From NCBI RefSeq assembly GCF_018350175.1, contig NC_058383.1:10852001-10916000 (forward strand): 64,000 nt of DNA. The letters run 5' to 3'. This DNA comes from Felis catus. Taxonomy: Eukaryota. A program made the position numbers and the translations under genes. Positions 12,373 to 25,500 of the stretch are shown here, piece after piece. Each line of letters opens with the position of its first letter. The first letter of the stretch is position 1. The notes under the pieces were generated by a model that saw only the letters and a list, made by a program, of their open reading frames with translations, did not search any database and was not told the DNA's origin.

Positions 12373-13569
12373 GTCAGTGCGTCAGGAGCGGGGCCCGCGG
12401 GGCAGGGTCTGTGGGGCCCGCCTCCCCTGGCAGCCCCTCCTCCCTCTACGGCCAGCCTGGCCCCCAGTGACCCCCAGCTGGCCTGCCTGCTCCCTGGGGA
12501 CAGAGCCGCCCTGCCCACGACTGCCGGGAGCCGACCCCTCCACTCCCCCGACTGAGGAAGGGGACCTTCCGCGATGGCCGCGGTCGGCATTTCCGCCCCT
12601 TTAGGGCCGGGCTGTGCGGCAGAGACGCGGTTCGTGCATCTGCCCAGCACACATTTAGCCGTGAGGACTCCAGGGAAGGAGGTCCCATCCCTGCCAACCT
12701 GGGGCTCAGAATCTGTGCAGGGAGGTGGACGCGGAGTAGGTAAAGGCCACGAGATGCTAGGCCCTGTGCTGACGGCATCCGGGGCGCCAGGGCGGAGCCC
12801 AAGATGGGACAATTAACAATACGGTCACCTATGGCCTGGCTGGCTCAGCCGGTGCCGCCTGCGACTATCTTGGGGTTGTAGGTTCAAGCCCCACGTTGGG
12901 TGTAGGGAGTACTTAGAAATAAAACCTTAAAAATCAAGTCAAATAGAGTTTAGTAATAATTACGGTTATAAGTGAGCCTCTCTCGATCGCTAAGTGCCAC
13001 GCTATGCGTGACGTTGTCTTTGTGACGAATTTAGTATTATCTTCACTTTGCACAGGGAGACAGGAATCAAAACAATGTTTTTAAGTAGAATTTCAGAGAC
13101 GATGAAGGAAAACACAAAACTGCAGTGGCAGGACGGGGTGGGGGGCAGGCAGGGAAGCCCTCCCCCCCAAGACTCGAATGTCAGGAGGGGACGCATATTC
13201 CAGGAAAAGCTTGCCAGGCGAGGGGACAGCTGGGTGACCGGGTGAGCAGCTGGGGGGACGGTGGGCGGGCCTAAGAAGGCACGGGTTGGGGGGGGGGGGG
13301 CTTCATTTCCAGATCAATGAGAAGCTACTCGGCTGGTGGTTCTCTATTCACTTGCTATTTTGCAATCAGAATCCAAACACGTATGGGGGTGGGGGAGTGA
13401 CCCACCACGTCACCCGAAGGCAGCTTCTACGATTGCCAACGTTTTACCAATCTTCTTCTGTACACACTTCTGTATTTGAAGTACTTAAAAACAAACTCAA
13501 GACACCACGTCATATCCATAAATATTTAAGCGAGGGCTTTGCATTTCTTCTCACATAATAGTAGGGTTC

Positions 13570-13772
13570 TTTTCTATTTATTTATTTTGCAAGAGAGAGC
13601 GAGAGCATGAGCCGGGGAGGGGCAGGGAGAGGGAAAGAGAGAGGATCCCAAGCAGGCTCCGAGCTGTCAGCGCAGAGCCCAACACCGGGCTCGAACTCAC
13701 GAACCGTGAGATCATGACCTGGGCCGAAATCAAGAGTCGGCCGCTCAACCAATTGAGCCATCCAGGTGCCCC
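13570..13772 (-). mobile_element. Carnivore SINE, intronic
   Basis: Reverse-complement SINEC head, body and tail. Confidence 0.9.
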
Positions 13773-13951
13773 GAAAGTACATTTTATTGTCACCACTGGG
13801 TATTAAACTTTTAGTTTTGCTAAGTGGATTTAAAAAAAAAAAAAAAAAAAAAAAAAGCGTGTGTATAGATTTATAAACTCCCTAGGACAGTGGCTGGCTG
13901 AGCTGGGCCATGCCAGCATCCAGCGCTTTCCCCAGAGGGCTTGGCCCCTAA

Positions 13952-14188
<237 letters not shown>

Positions 14189-14709
14189 TGAGTGCCCCCA
14201 GCGCCCGGGCAGGGTGGGCACAGTGAACAAGGGCCACGGGAGAGGGTACTGCTTGGATCCGGTGGGGAAATTCCCAAAGCAGGCCCAGCCAGGAGACGAG
14301 AGACAGACACAGACAGACAGACAGGTGCTTCTCACTTGCACAGAATCCAGGAGACAGGCTAGCTTAACACTCTCATCTTTTTTTTTTTTTTTTAAGTTTA
14401 TTTATTTATTTTGAGAGAGAGAGAGAGAGAGAGTAGGGAAGTGGCAGAGAGAGAATCCCAAGCTGGCTCTGTGCATGCTGTCAGCACAGAGCCCGATGTG
14501 GGACTCGATCTCACAAACCGTGGAATCATGACCTGGGCCGAAACCAAGAGTGGGATGCTTAACCCACGGAGCGCCTCTCCCCCTCCCCCCCCCCCCAGGC
14601 ACCCCAACGCTCTCATGTTAAAGATGAGGAAACTGATACCCAGAGCCAGGAAAGGGCCGGTATAAGTCACGGTGGGTCAGCTGGGCTGCAAACTCAGATA
14701 TCTTACTCC

Positions 14710-15050
14710 AGTCAAGGCCGCTGTAACACAAGACTACAGACCAGGGAGCTTATAAACAACAGACATTTACTTCTTACAGTTCCAGAGGCTGGGAAGTCCA
14801 GGATCAAGGTGGTGGCAGATTCAGGGTCTGGGGAGGACCCACTTCCTAGTTTCTAGATAACCATCTCCTCACTGTGTCCTCATACGCGTCCTCACATGCT
14901 GGAAGGGGAGAAGGGAGCTCTCTGGGGCCTGTTTTATAAGGCACTAATCCCATTCCTGAGGGCTCCTCCTTCATGACCTAAGTGCTCCCAAAGGCCCTGA
15001 CTCCTAATGCCATCACACTGGGGACTAGGTCCCCACATAAGAATTTAGCT
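14710..15050. mobile_element. MLT1A-type MaLR LTR
   Basis: ttataaacaacagacatttacttcttacagttccagaggctgggaagtccaggatcaaggtg ... ttttataaggcactaatcccatt. Confidence 0.8.
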
Positions 15051-15055
15051 CAGGA

Positions 15056-16110
15056 GGGGGACACCTGGGTGGCTCAGTCAGTTGGGCATCCGACTTCAGC
15101 TCAGGTCATGATCTCGCGGTTTGGGAGTTCGAGCCCCGCGACGGGCTCTGTGCTGGCAGCTCAGAGCCTGGAGCCTGCTTCAGATTCAGTGTCTCCCTCT
15201 CTCTCTGCCCCTCCCCTGCTTGCACTCTGTGTCTCTCGCTTTCAAAAATAAATAAACATTAAAAAAAAATTTTTTTTTTATGTTTACGAAAAAAAAACAA
15301 TTTAGTGGGGGTGGGGGGAGAGGGGGGACACAGACTTCCAGTCTGTAGCTCCGTGTGTCCTAATTCCATCCCTTTCCAAACACACAGCCTCACCATTCAT
15401 GGGTGTCGGTTTATTTTTAAAAATTTAATGAAATTTGACTTTTTCTGACTATACCATTAATGTTTCCCCATTTCAGTTATTTAGAAAATAATGGTTACTT
15501 AGTACTCCCATCATGCAGAGATAACTACTGTGCACATCTTACCATATGTCCTTATCGTCTCTTTTTATTTTGATTTTTAAGTGTTTTTAAAATTTATAAT
15601 TTACTTTTGAGGGAGAGAGAGAGAGAGACAGAGCACAAGCAGGGGAGGGACAGAGAGAGAGGGAGACACAGAATCCGAAGCAGACTGCAGGCTCCCAGGT
15701 ATCAGCACAGAGCCGGACGCGGGGCTCGAACCCATGAACTGCGAGACCATGACCTGAGCCGAAGTCGGACACTTAACTGACTGAGCCACCCAGGTGTCCC
15801 CTTATAGTCTCTTTTTTAAAATACACTCATTGACTAGAATATTTCTAGGGGTGCCTGGCTGGCTCAGTCAGTGGAGCATGTGACTCTTGATCTTGGGGTC
15901 ATGAGTTTGAGCCCCATGTTGGGGGTAGAGATTACTTTAAAAATCAAAACAATTGGGGAGCCTGGGTGGCTCAGTCAGTTAAGTGTCTGACTCCGACCCA
16001 GGTCCCAATCTCACAGTTCATGAGATCTGTCTGCTGGCAGCACAGAGCCCGCTTGGGATTCTTTCTCTTTCTTCCTCTCTCTCGGCCCCTCGCATGCTCA
16101 TTCTCTCTCT

Positions 16111-16158
<48 letters not shown>

Positions 16159-16200
16159 ATAAGTAAATATTTAAAAAAATTTTTTTTTAATTCTTAAAAA
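15056..16200. mobile_element. Cluster of four SINEs in mixed orientation
   Basis: Heads at ~15056 (+), ~15801 (-), ~15848 (+) and ~15955 (+). Confidence 0.85.
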
Positions 16201-16549
16201 ATGAAAACAAAATAATAATGCTCAAAGTAAGATAATCAATACAGTAAAAATCAAGAGATAAAAAAAAGATACCGTGATGAATATTCACTTAGATAAACCT
16301 AGGCACACGTTCCCGATCCCTCGCTCGAGCGTCACCCTCGAATTCTGGACGAGGACACCAGGCGCACAGGGGCGATCGTCTGCCTGCTCTGGCGGGTGCT
16401 CGCCATTTTCAGCCGGGTCTTACCTGACTGGCCCTCCAGCGGCGGTGGCAGCGTCTCAGGAGAGGGGTCGCCCACCTGCGGGGAGCAGCTGAGCAAGAAG
16501 AGCGGAAACCGCATTTTCTAACCGCCACCTCCTGTCTCTCGTCTTTCAG

Positions 16550-16587
16550 ACCTTTTGCAGAAATCTGCAATGACGCCAAGGTGCCAG
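16550..16587 (+). CDS. GTF2IRD1: GTF2IRD1 small coding exon (38 nt)
   Basis: Acceptor ctctcgtctttcag|A and donor CCAG|gtaagg. Translates (Q)PFAEICNDAKVP(A); phases 2/1 fit both neighbours. Confidence 0.96.
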
Positions 16588-18584
16588 GTAAGGCGGAGGC
16601 CGAGGAGGCCCCCTCTCTGCCTCTCGGGGACCAGAGTCTGCGGGCAGATCTGGTCCAGGTGGCATGCAGTAGGTAGCTGACCACCTACAGAGTGTCGCGC
16701 CCCCGCCCAGTATGACCACGGGGAGCCTGAGCCTTCCCCCTGCAGGGCCAGTATCCCCAGAAGGCCCCGGGAGCCTGCAGGTGCCCTCCAGAGGGGGCCC
16801 TGCCACAGCGGCGGCTGAGCGGGTCAGATCCGCTGGAGGCGACGAGGGCAGGCGGGAGCCTGGAGGAGAGGATGTCGCATGGGATCACGGAAGCCACCTG
16901 GGAGGAGAGGGCCGATGTGTGTGGCCAGCAGGGGGAGGCAGGCCCACGCCAGCCCCGGGCCTGTCTCCCAGAAGCCGGGGGTTCACAGGAAGCTGGGAGA
17001 CTGTCTGCTGGGATGGTTTCCCCGGGTGACTGGGAGACGTGCCACTGATTCAGAGCACTCATCTCGTCCCAGCCGCCTTGTGCAGCTGGGAAACTGAGGC
17101 CCAGAGAGGGAAAGGGGCTCGGCAGGGCCACCTGGGGAGTCGGTGGCCACCTCGAGCCTGGTGTCAGGACCATCCATCTGACCCGCAGGCCCCACCCAGG
17201 GCTCAGTGGGGACAGTGACGGGCCCCCATGCTGGCCTGAGACCCGAGGCCCCCACTCCGGGTGGGTCCAGGTCCCCCAGGAACTCCACGGCCTAGAGTGG
17301 ACGGCCCGACCAGAAGCCCCCGCCCCCCATCCTGCGCCAGTCACAGGGGCCAGGTGCGGCACTAGATTTGCAGGCAGGGAGGCCGTGAGTTTGGGAGCTG
17401 TCCCTAGGTTGAAGGCAGAATGCAGATGGCCCTTCAGAGGCCTCGGGAGGAGAGTCTGGGACACGTGCTCAGAGGGTAGAAGCTATGACCTGCGTCTGCC
17501 CTCCCCTGACCTTGGCTGTCTTTACGGTCCTACAGTGACGCTGGGTTGGCCACCACCCTGGGCCAGCACCTCTGACTTCATTTTCAGGCGGAGCCTTCTA
17601 CAAAATCGCTTTGCTCCGACCCATTCCCAGGGCTCCTCCTGCCCCCAGAGTCTTCTGTTTCCCGGGGTGTCTATTTATGCCATGTCACAGACCCCCCAGC
17701 CTCTGGTATTTCTTCACCAGCCGGACAGTTGCCTCGTGGGCCCAGCCCACCCTCATGCTGTGTTATTACAACCCTTCTGGTTTCTACCCAGTGACCTGGC
17801 CACTCGGTCAAGCGCCAAGCCCTGCTTGTGTAGCACACGGTGGCACATCCTTTCTCGAAGTCTCATATATTCATACCAGTTTAATTCGGTAGCAACAGAA
17901 CAGCTGCCGAGTCGTGCTTCGTGTCACGCGGGGTACCAGGCTCTTGCCGACACATGATCTCCTTTGAGGCTCACGTCCCGTTGTTGTCCCCATTTGGCTC
18001 AGAGAGGTGAATCAGTTTGCCCGGCGTCACACAGCTAGGAATGGCAGTAACGGAATTTGAATTTACGACCTCTGACTGTAAACCAGAGTCTCTTCCCACG
18101 GGGGCGCTGCCTGTCCACTCACGGTACTTGTGGACCGTCCTCTGTCACAGCGTTACCAGGTCAGGGTCATCCCACATCCACAGCTAACAATACCAACGTC
18201 GATATGTGTTCTCAGTCGCTAAGTCGTTCTGGGGGCCCGGGCATACTGTCCACGGGAGCCTCCCAGCTACTGTATAGGATCTTACGTTTCACTCACAGGG
18301 AAATGGAAGCACAAGGCCGTGGAGTGACTTCCTCCAAGGCCCGAGGCCGAGCCCTTCACCCCAGGAGTTGTGGGGAGGCCAGGCCCCACGGGCTGGATGG
18401 TCTGGGGGCAGAAAGGGGGCCGGGGCCTGAACTGAGCCCGCTAGGGACCCCCCCCACCCCCGGGGGACGAGGCAGGCCGGAGAGCCACTGGGCTGTGCGG
18501 CCTGGTTAAGGAAGGGGGCTGGAGGGATGGGCCTTGGGGCCGGGGGCGGGGGGTGTCTGGGGGCTCTGGAGCCCTGAACGCTGA

Positions 18585-18998
<414 letters not shown>

Positions 18999-19303
18999 TC
19001 CAACCCTGTCACTGGCTGCTCCAGCGTCCCTGCCCTGGGTGGGAAGTCACACCCCCCACTGGGCAGGTGGGCAAGCCGAGCCCCCCCCCCCATCTCCGCC
19101 CCGGAAGAGGGGACGGGGGACTCCCCTGGGCGGTGCCAGAACGGGGACCCCCGTGCGGTCGCCAGGTTAATCTCTGCTCACAGCGCATGCTCTGGGCCTC
19201 ACCACAGCCCCGTGAGGTTGTAGGCGTTACCCACAGCGTGTGGAGGAGGAAAACAAGGGGCAGAGGCTGGTTGACTGTGGCCTTACTGCGGTCAAGCCTC
19301 ATT

Positions 19304-19335
<32 letters not shown>

Positions 19336-19464
19336 GCGAGAGTTCTTTCTGACTTCAAAACACTAGCTCGGAAGTCCTGAGTCCCAGTGGAGAGAATACG
19401 GGAACACATTTGGTGATGACTTGGGAGATGTCTTTGTCCTTTGACCCTGCTTCCCCCCCCCCTT

Positions 19465-19648
19465 TTTTTTAAGTTTAATTTTTATTTTGAGAGCGCAAAG
19501 AGGGGGAGGGAGGGAAAGAATCCCAAGCAGGTTCCGCACCGAACAGCACAGAGCCTGACACGGGCCTGGAACCCACAAAACTGTGAGATCACGACCTGAG
19601 CCGGAACCAAGAGTCAGATGCTTAACCAACTGAGCCACCCAGGCGCCT
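19465..19648 (-). mobile_element. Antisense SINE in the last GTF2IRD1 intron
   Basis: Reverse-complement SINEC ending ctgagccacccaggcgcc. Confidence 0.9.
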
Positions 19649-20089
19649 ATAATCGTGCCTCCCTTTAAACCTGGCAAACCCCAAAGTTCAGGCTGTAGGC
19701 TGTACCTTTGTCCCCACCTAGGGGTGCCTCCAGAGGGTCACTGGCTTTTCCCACCTCCAAGAGATGGGACTGGCTCTTCGGCATAAGGCCGGGGAGGGGG
19801 CGGAGTTTGTGGGCGTGCTCCCCTTCTCTGAGCGAATCCTCGGTTCCCCCTGGTCCACGGAATAGCCCCTGGCACACGGGTGGGAGCGAGTCAGAAGGCC
19901 CCAGCCCAGGCTCCAGGGCCACTAGCAAAATGCATGACCTTGGACGGGTCCCGGCTCCCGTCTGGACCATCAGGCTGCCTCCAAATGAATCCAGTGGGGA
20001 ATCCCTTCAGAAAGCAGAGCTAAGTGGTCTGGTGTTCTTTCTGGGTCACCCGGAGTCCTAACTCGGGCCATTTGTCCCCCTCTCTCTAG

Positions 20090-20158
20090 CAATGGCCAAT
20101 GTACATGGTGGACTATGCCGGCCTGAACGTGCAGCTCCCGGGACCTCTGAATTATTAG
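20090..20158 (+). CDS. GTF2IRD1: GTF2IRD1 last coding exon with stop codon
   Basis: Acceptor tccccctctctctag|CAA. Translates QWPMYMVDYAGLNVQLPGPLNY*, with TAG at 20156-20158, matching the known GTF2IRD1 C-terminus. Confidence 0.97.
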   Translation, partial: QWPMYMVDYAGLNVQLPGPLNY

Positions 20159-20328
20159 ACCTCAGTGCTGAATCAGGACCTCACTCAGAAAGACTAAAGG
20201 AAATGTAATTTATGTACAAAGTGTATATTCGGATATGTATCGATGCCTTTTAGTTTTTCCAATGATTTTTACACTATATTCCTGCCACCAAGGCCTTTTT
20301 AAATAAGTAAAAAAAAAAAAAAAAAAAA
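20159..20328 (+). other. GTF2IRD1: GTF2IRD1 short AT-rich 3' UTR
   Basis: AT-rich unique sequence after the stop, ending in aaataagtaaa and a genomic A-run (20309-20328). The exact cleavage site cannot be read from sequence. Confidence 0.75.
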
Positions 20329-21879
20329 GTATTGCCCTTGCTCATAACTTCTGCGTAGTCTCGTTTGGAATTAACAGCTGTCACTGAGGCGAGGTCAGGA
20401 AACCTGGCTCAGACAGCCTGCCAAGGTCCCCCCTTCCTTTGCCAAAGCAAAGGCGGTGTCCCTGACCGCTGGGCCGTGGTGTCTGGGGACTGACTTCACT
20501 CATTTCTCTGCGTGACCTCCAGATGACGTGTCCCGGGAGGCCAAGTGCCAGACTGAGCCCCTGGCCTCGGGGCCACAAGGTGGTAGGGGGCTGCCTAAGC
20601 TCCAGGAAGAGGTGAAGTCCAAAGTGTGAACTGTGATCAAGTGTGGAATCTCCGTGGCTGCAGAGAAGGCACCTTGGCAGAGGTGCTCTGGGTTGGACCT
20701 GGAGGGGTGGGGTGGCTTTTTGATGGAGCTCAGGGCATTTGAGCAGCAGAGGGATGGGTCACAGCTGTGTCTCGGAAAGGCCACTTTGGTGGCAGGTGGG
20801 AAGGTGAAGGAAGGGGTAAGACTGGAGGCAGAAGGGGTGGGGGTTGAGAGGGCCTGGCCCTGGGCAGCTAATGGGGGAGGCAGGGCGGCCTCCCCTGGCT
20901 CCGAATCAAGAACCATCCGTGATGCTGAGACTTAGAGAGCGAGGCTGGGGTTGGCAAGGCAGAGCGGGACACGTGGGGCAGGACGGCGTTCTGGGAGAGC
21001 CCCTTGTGCCAAGCGAGACCTTGGGTGTTCCAGGAACAAGGTGTGGCTGGAGGTGAGACCAGGGATTCCTGGGGACACTCCCCAGGCAGGGCCCTGCACT
21101 CGGAGCCAGGCTGAAGGGGGGAGTGAGGCAAAGCTGTGCACCCCAGGGCCAGTCTGCATCCCTTTCCTCCCTGGCCTTGTGGAAGTGTGGAAGGCCCTGG
21201 GGGCCAGGCCCCTGGCGGCTTGGCTTGGAGGGAGGGGGCAGCCACGGGGTGGGGGTGGGGGGGGTAGAAGCTGGGAGACCACGCGGAGGCTCCTGTAGTT
21301 GTTCCAAGAAGAGCTGGCCGAGGTTCCAGCCAGGTGGAGAACAACAAGGAGGTCAGCCAACAGGACTTGGAAGTCAATTGGACAGAAGTGCTGGGGCACG
21401 AAAGGGTCAGGGTGACCGCAGGGTCCAGCCAAGGGCCAGAGCCAGGCCTTTGACTTGGAGGAACCGAGTCCTGAGTCAGCTAATTACATGATCAAAACAG
21501 GCCAGAAGCTTCTGCCAACCCATGGGGTCAGCGAGGTGCCCAGATGGGGAGGGAAGGCCCCGTCCCAGCCTTCCGGACTCGGCTTCCTTCTGGAAAGACG
21601 CAAGAAGCCAGAAGCCACAAGGTTGGCAGGCCGTGCCCGCACTGTTCCTCTGGCGGCTGCCGCCACCACTTTGCAGTGTCCCCAGGACCCACCAGGGCGC
21701 TCCACTGTCCACCCTCAGACCCCTGCCTCTTTCAAATCTCCAGGATCAGGGCAGGGGCGCCCCCCCACATTCACCACCGCCCTCGAGGCAGAAACTATGA
21801 AATCCAGGATAACCTTGCAGCTGCCACCTTGCCTTCAGACCCCGCTCCTGGGGGCCGTCCTCCCCCATCTAATCCCGTC

Positions 21880-22520
21880 TCCCCGGATTAGGCGCCGCCG
21901 GTGCTTTTCCTGCCCCGCCCCCGCCCCACCCCACCGAGCGCAAACCTCTCGGCCGGCGGGGCGGTTCGGGCTCTTCCCCTCCCACCCCCTCCCCTGCCTC
22001 TCACCCCACCGTCCGTCCCCTTCCTTCTCCACCGCGGCCACCGAGTACGAGCGGCTTCCGCCCGGACACCCGCCTCCCCGGGCGCCCCCGCAGCGCGCCC
22101 GGGCCGGCTGGCGCCTCTCGGTCGCCTAGAGACGAGCCGCCGCCCCCGCCCAGACCCGCTGCCACGGCCGGAAGTGGCTCCTGCCCGGCGGGCGGCTGCG
22201 CGGGGGGGTGGAGCGCCCGGTGAGGGCCCGGGAACCCCAGCGCTGCGGCCTGCGGGGCCTCCGCCATCTGTCTGCTTCCACTCCCGCTGTGCAGGCGCGT
22301 GCACCTAATCGGGTTGTGCAGCAAAACCCCGCGCCTCGGCCCGACCTCACTGCACGAAGGCATAAGGGGGGACCCCCACCCCTAGGGCAACCTTTGCACC
22401 AAGAGGTGGCCTACGTCGGTTTCACCTCCTGTCTCGGGAGCTCTGCGCTCTGGGCCGCTTGGCCGGCCGGCCGCCCCCTCGCTCTGCCCACGGTGCCCAG
22501 TGCCGGCCCAGCCCGGATCC
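21880..22520. promoter_or_regulatory. CpG island / promoter-like element downstream of GTF2IRD1
   Basis: Very GC- and CpG-rich and repeat-free. Contains GC boxes (ccccgcccccgcccc at ~21913, cgcccccgccc at 22141), an ETS site CCGGAAGTG (22168-22176) and a YY1-like CCGCCATCT (22261). Confidence 0.8.
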
Positions 22521-25500
22521 GTTGGGGATGCCTTCCTAGTTCCCACAAGCAGGCCTGCTTCCTGCAGAAGAACCCAGATGCTGTTTATGCAACCTCTCCA
22601 GAATCTCAGAGTACTGTACTTTTTAAAGTGATTTGATTCAAAGCACTCATTCTTTAATTAAAGTTCATTTAGCTGCCATCTGTCTGGGTTCAAAATGGCT
22701 TCGTGTTTTGCAACTCTAAATGAGGATTGTTATTGGATTTGTAAACACATCCACCAAAAAAAAAAAAAATCACAAAACATTTTCAGAAGTAATAAATGAG
22801 GAATGTGCAGAAGGAGTGTTACGAGCTGCATCTTAAACGTTCTAATTGCTGGGGAATGTATTCTGGTGGGTACATAATCATTTTATATACAAATCTTTGT
22901 ACAAAAATCTGGTATCAGTGAAAAGATCAAGATTGTAGAAAATGCCGGAATTATATCTGACTGAAAACAGTAATAAAGCAATAATCAGCGCAGGGACAAA
23001 GCTAGGGTGAGGCGGGAGGGGAGGGGAAGGAGGGGCGGCTCTCCAGCACCTGTTTCCCCTGCAGCCTTCCTCCCTCACCGCCCAGGTGCCTCCCTTCTGC
23101 TAAGAAGAGGGTGATCCCGAGCTCCAGGGGCAGAGGCTTTGCTAGAATCCTGCAAAGGATCTTCTCTTAAGCAGTCAGAGCTTTACAGGGCACCTGGCTG
23201 GCTCAGTCGGTGGAGCACGTGACTCTTGATCTCAAAATCATGAGTTCAAGCCCCACTCTGGGTACAGAGATAACTTAAAAATAAAAAGCTTATTAAGGGA
23301 TGTCTACTGAACCACAAGGTGTCTCACCTAGCCCAGCCAGGATGGAGAGGGACAGTAGCCCTTCACTTATTTTATTTTAATTTTGTGGTGCCATATGGAG
23401 TGACTCAGTGAAAGGGAAATGCTCTTTGGGGAAAAAATACTTTTCACTGTGGAAACAGAGGCACAAGGTCAGTGGAGGGGCAGGGAGGGGCAGGGCTGCA
23501 GGCTGGTAAGTCTCAGGGCGGCGGCTCTCAGAATGTACCATTCCTGTTGGCAACGTCCCTGGTGATGTCTGAGGGTACGAGGTGGGGATGTGGGAAGAAG
23601 CTGAGATGTGGATCCAAACAGGACCCAACAGGGGCACCTGGGAGGCTCGGTCGGTCAAGCGACTGAGTCTTGCCATTGGCAAGACTTAACAGGTCATGAT
23701 CTCACAGTTTGTGGGTTCGAGCCCCGCATCAGGCTCTGTGCTGAGGGCGCAGGGCCTGCCTGGGACTCTGTCTCCCTCCCTCTCTATCCCTCCCCCACTT
23801 GCCCTCTCCCTCAAAATAAATAAAAATAAATAAAACAAAACCAGGACCCAGTGACCCTCAGACTCTCTGCATGGTTTCACCTCTGCCTCGTGCTTCTCAG
23901 ATGCCATCTTCAGGGCTGTCTGCGCTGTGCCGCCTTTCCCGCCTTTCCCTCACGTGGGGTTGGGGGCTCCTTCTTCCATTTCCTCACGCGGCCCCCTCCC
24001 TTTCTTCCCAACTCAGCGTGGCACCTCCTCCCTGGTTTACCTGTCACCGAAACGTGCCCTCCTCAAAAGGCCTTTCCAGAACACCCAGTCCAAAGCAGAT
24101 TGCCCCCACCCCACGATTTTTAAAATTCATTTATTTTTTTTAATGTTTATTTGTGAGATAGAGACACAGACGCGAGCGGGGGAGGGGCAGAGAGAGAGGG
24201 AGACAGAATCCAAAGCAAGTTCCGGGCTCCGAGCTGGCAGCACAGAGCCCAACGCGGGGCTTGAACCCACGAACTGTGAGATCATGACCTGAGCTGAAGT
24301 TGGACGCTTAACCGACTGAGCCGCCTGGGTGCCCCCACCCCTGCCTTAAGCTTTATGATGGCGGGGACGGTGTACCCTGGTACTTAGCCCAGAGCCCGGG
24401 ACGGGAGGGAGTACTGCTCGCTGTGGCCTCAGGGATTCATGAATCAATCACACCCATGTGCACAAGGAGCAGAGAACGGATGATCCCTTAGCCCGAAGTC
24501 CTCCTACGTGACTCCAGCGACCTCGCCCCCACCTTACCTCCACCTCCGGAATCCATTACGGGGGAACCATGACCGGCGCCTCTGCCTGTTCTGCCACGAA
24601 AGCTCGCTTTCTTGATTTCTGGCCACGTGTTTGCACTCCAGAGGCCCGAGATTTCGACACTGAGGTCCCTGAAACAGCTCACCTGAGATGCAGGTGATGG
24701 GACTTGGGAGAAACACGAGGTGCCAGAAGAGGAACCAAAAGCACTCTGCCTTGTTTACGCTTGTTTCTTCACTTTTTGGAGAGAGAGAGAGAGAGAGAAC
24801 ATGCGCACACACACGTGAGCAGGGGAGGGGCAGAGGGAGAGGGAGAGAGAGAGAGAGGGAGACAGAGAATCTGAAGCAGGCTCCACACTCGGAGCAGAGC
24901 CTGAAGCGGGCTCAATCCCAGGGCGGTGAGATCATGACCCGAGCTGATATTAAGAGTCAGACCATTAAATGACCGAGCCACTCAGGTGCCCCGCCTTGGA
25001 TGCAACTTTGGCAAACATCATCAAAACATCAAAAATACACCAAATGTTACAACGTCACAGCCTAACGTCAAGCAAGATTTTGCGTGCACCGTTAATTCTC
25101 ACAGCCCTGCAAAGTAAACGTTTCTTCCTTTCACAGATGAAGAGCCTGAGATTCAGAAAGGTCAAGGGTTCGATCCCGGGTGACACGGCCGGGAAAAACT
25201 GAGCACCAAGCCAGGATTCAAAGCAAAGACTCAAGGCGCACCTGGGTGGCTCAGGCAGAGGAGCACGCGGCCCTTGATCTTGGGATTGCGAGTTCGAGCC
25301 CCACACTGGGTGTAGAGATTAATTAAAGAAAAATAAGTAATTTTTTTAATGTTTATTTATTTTTGAGAGAGAGACACACAGAGCGTGAGTGGTGGAGGGG
25401 CAGAGAGAGAAGGAGACACAGAATCTGAGGCGGAGGCTCCAGGCTCTGAGCTGGCAGCACAGAGCCCGATGTGGGTCTCGAGCTCACGAACCATGAGACG

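Noticed and set aside
16685..17957. 259-aa (-) and 190-aa (+) ORFs in a GTF2IRD1 intron
   Set aside because: No domain or splice support; expected by chance at this GC content.
21455..22636. Several long ORFs over the CpG island
   Set aside because: Stop-codon depletion in GC-rich DNA; open in many frames on both strands.
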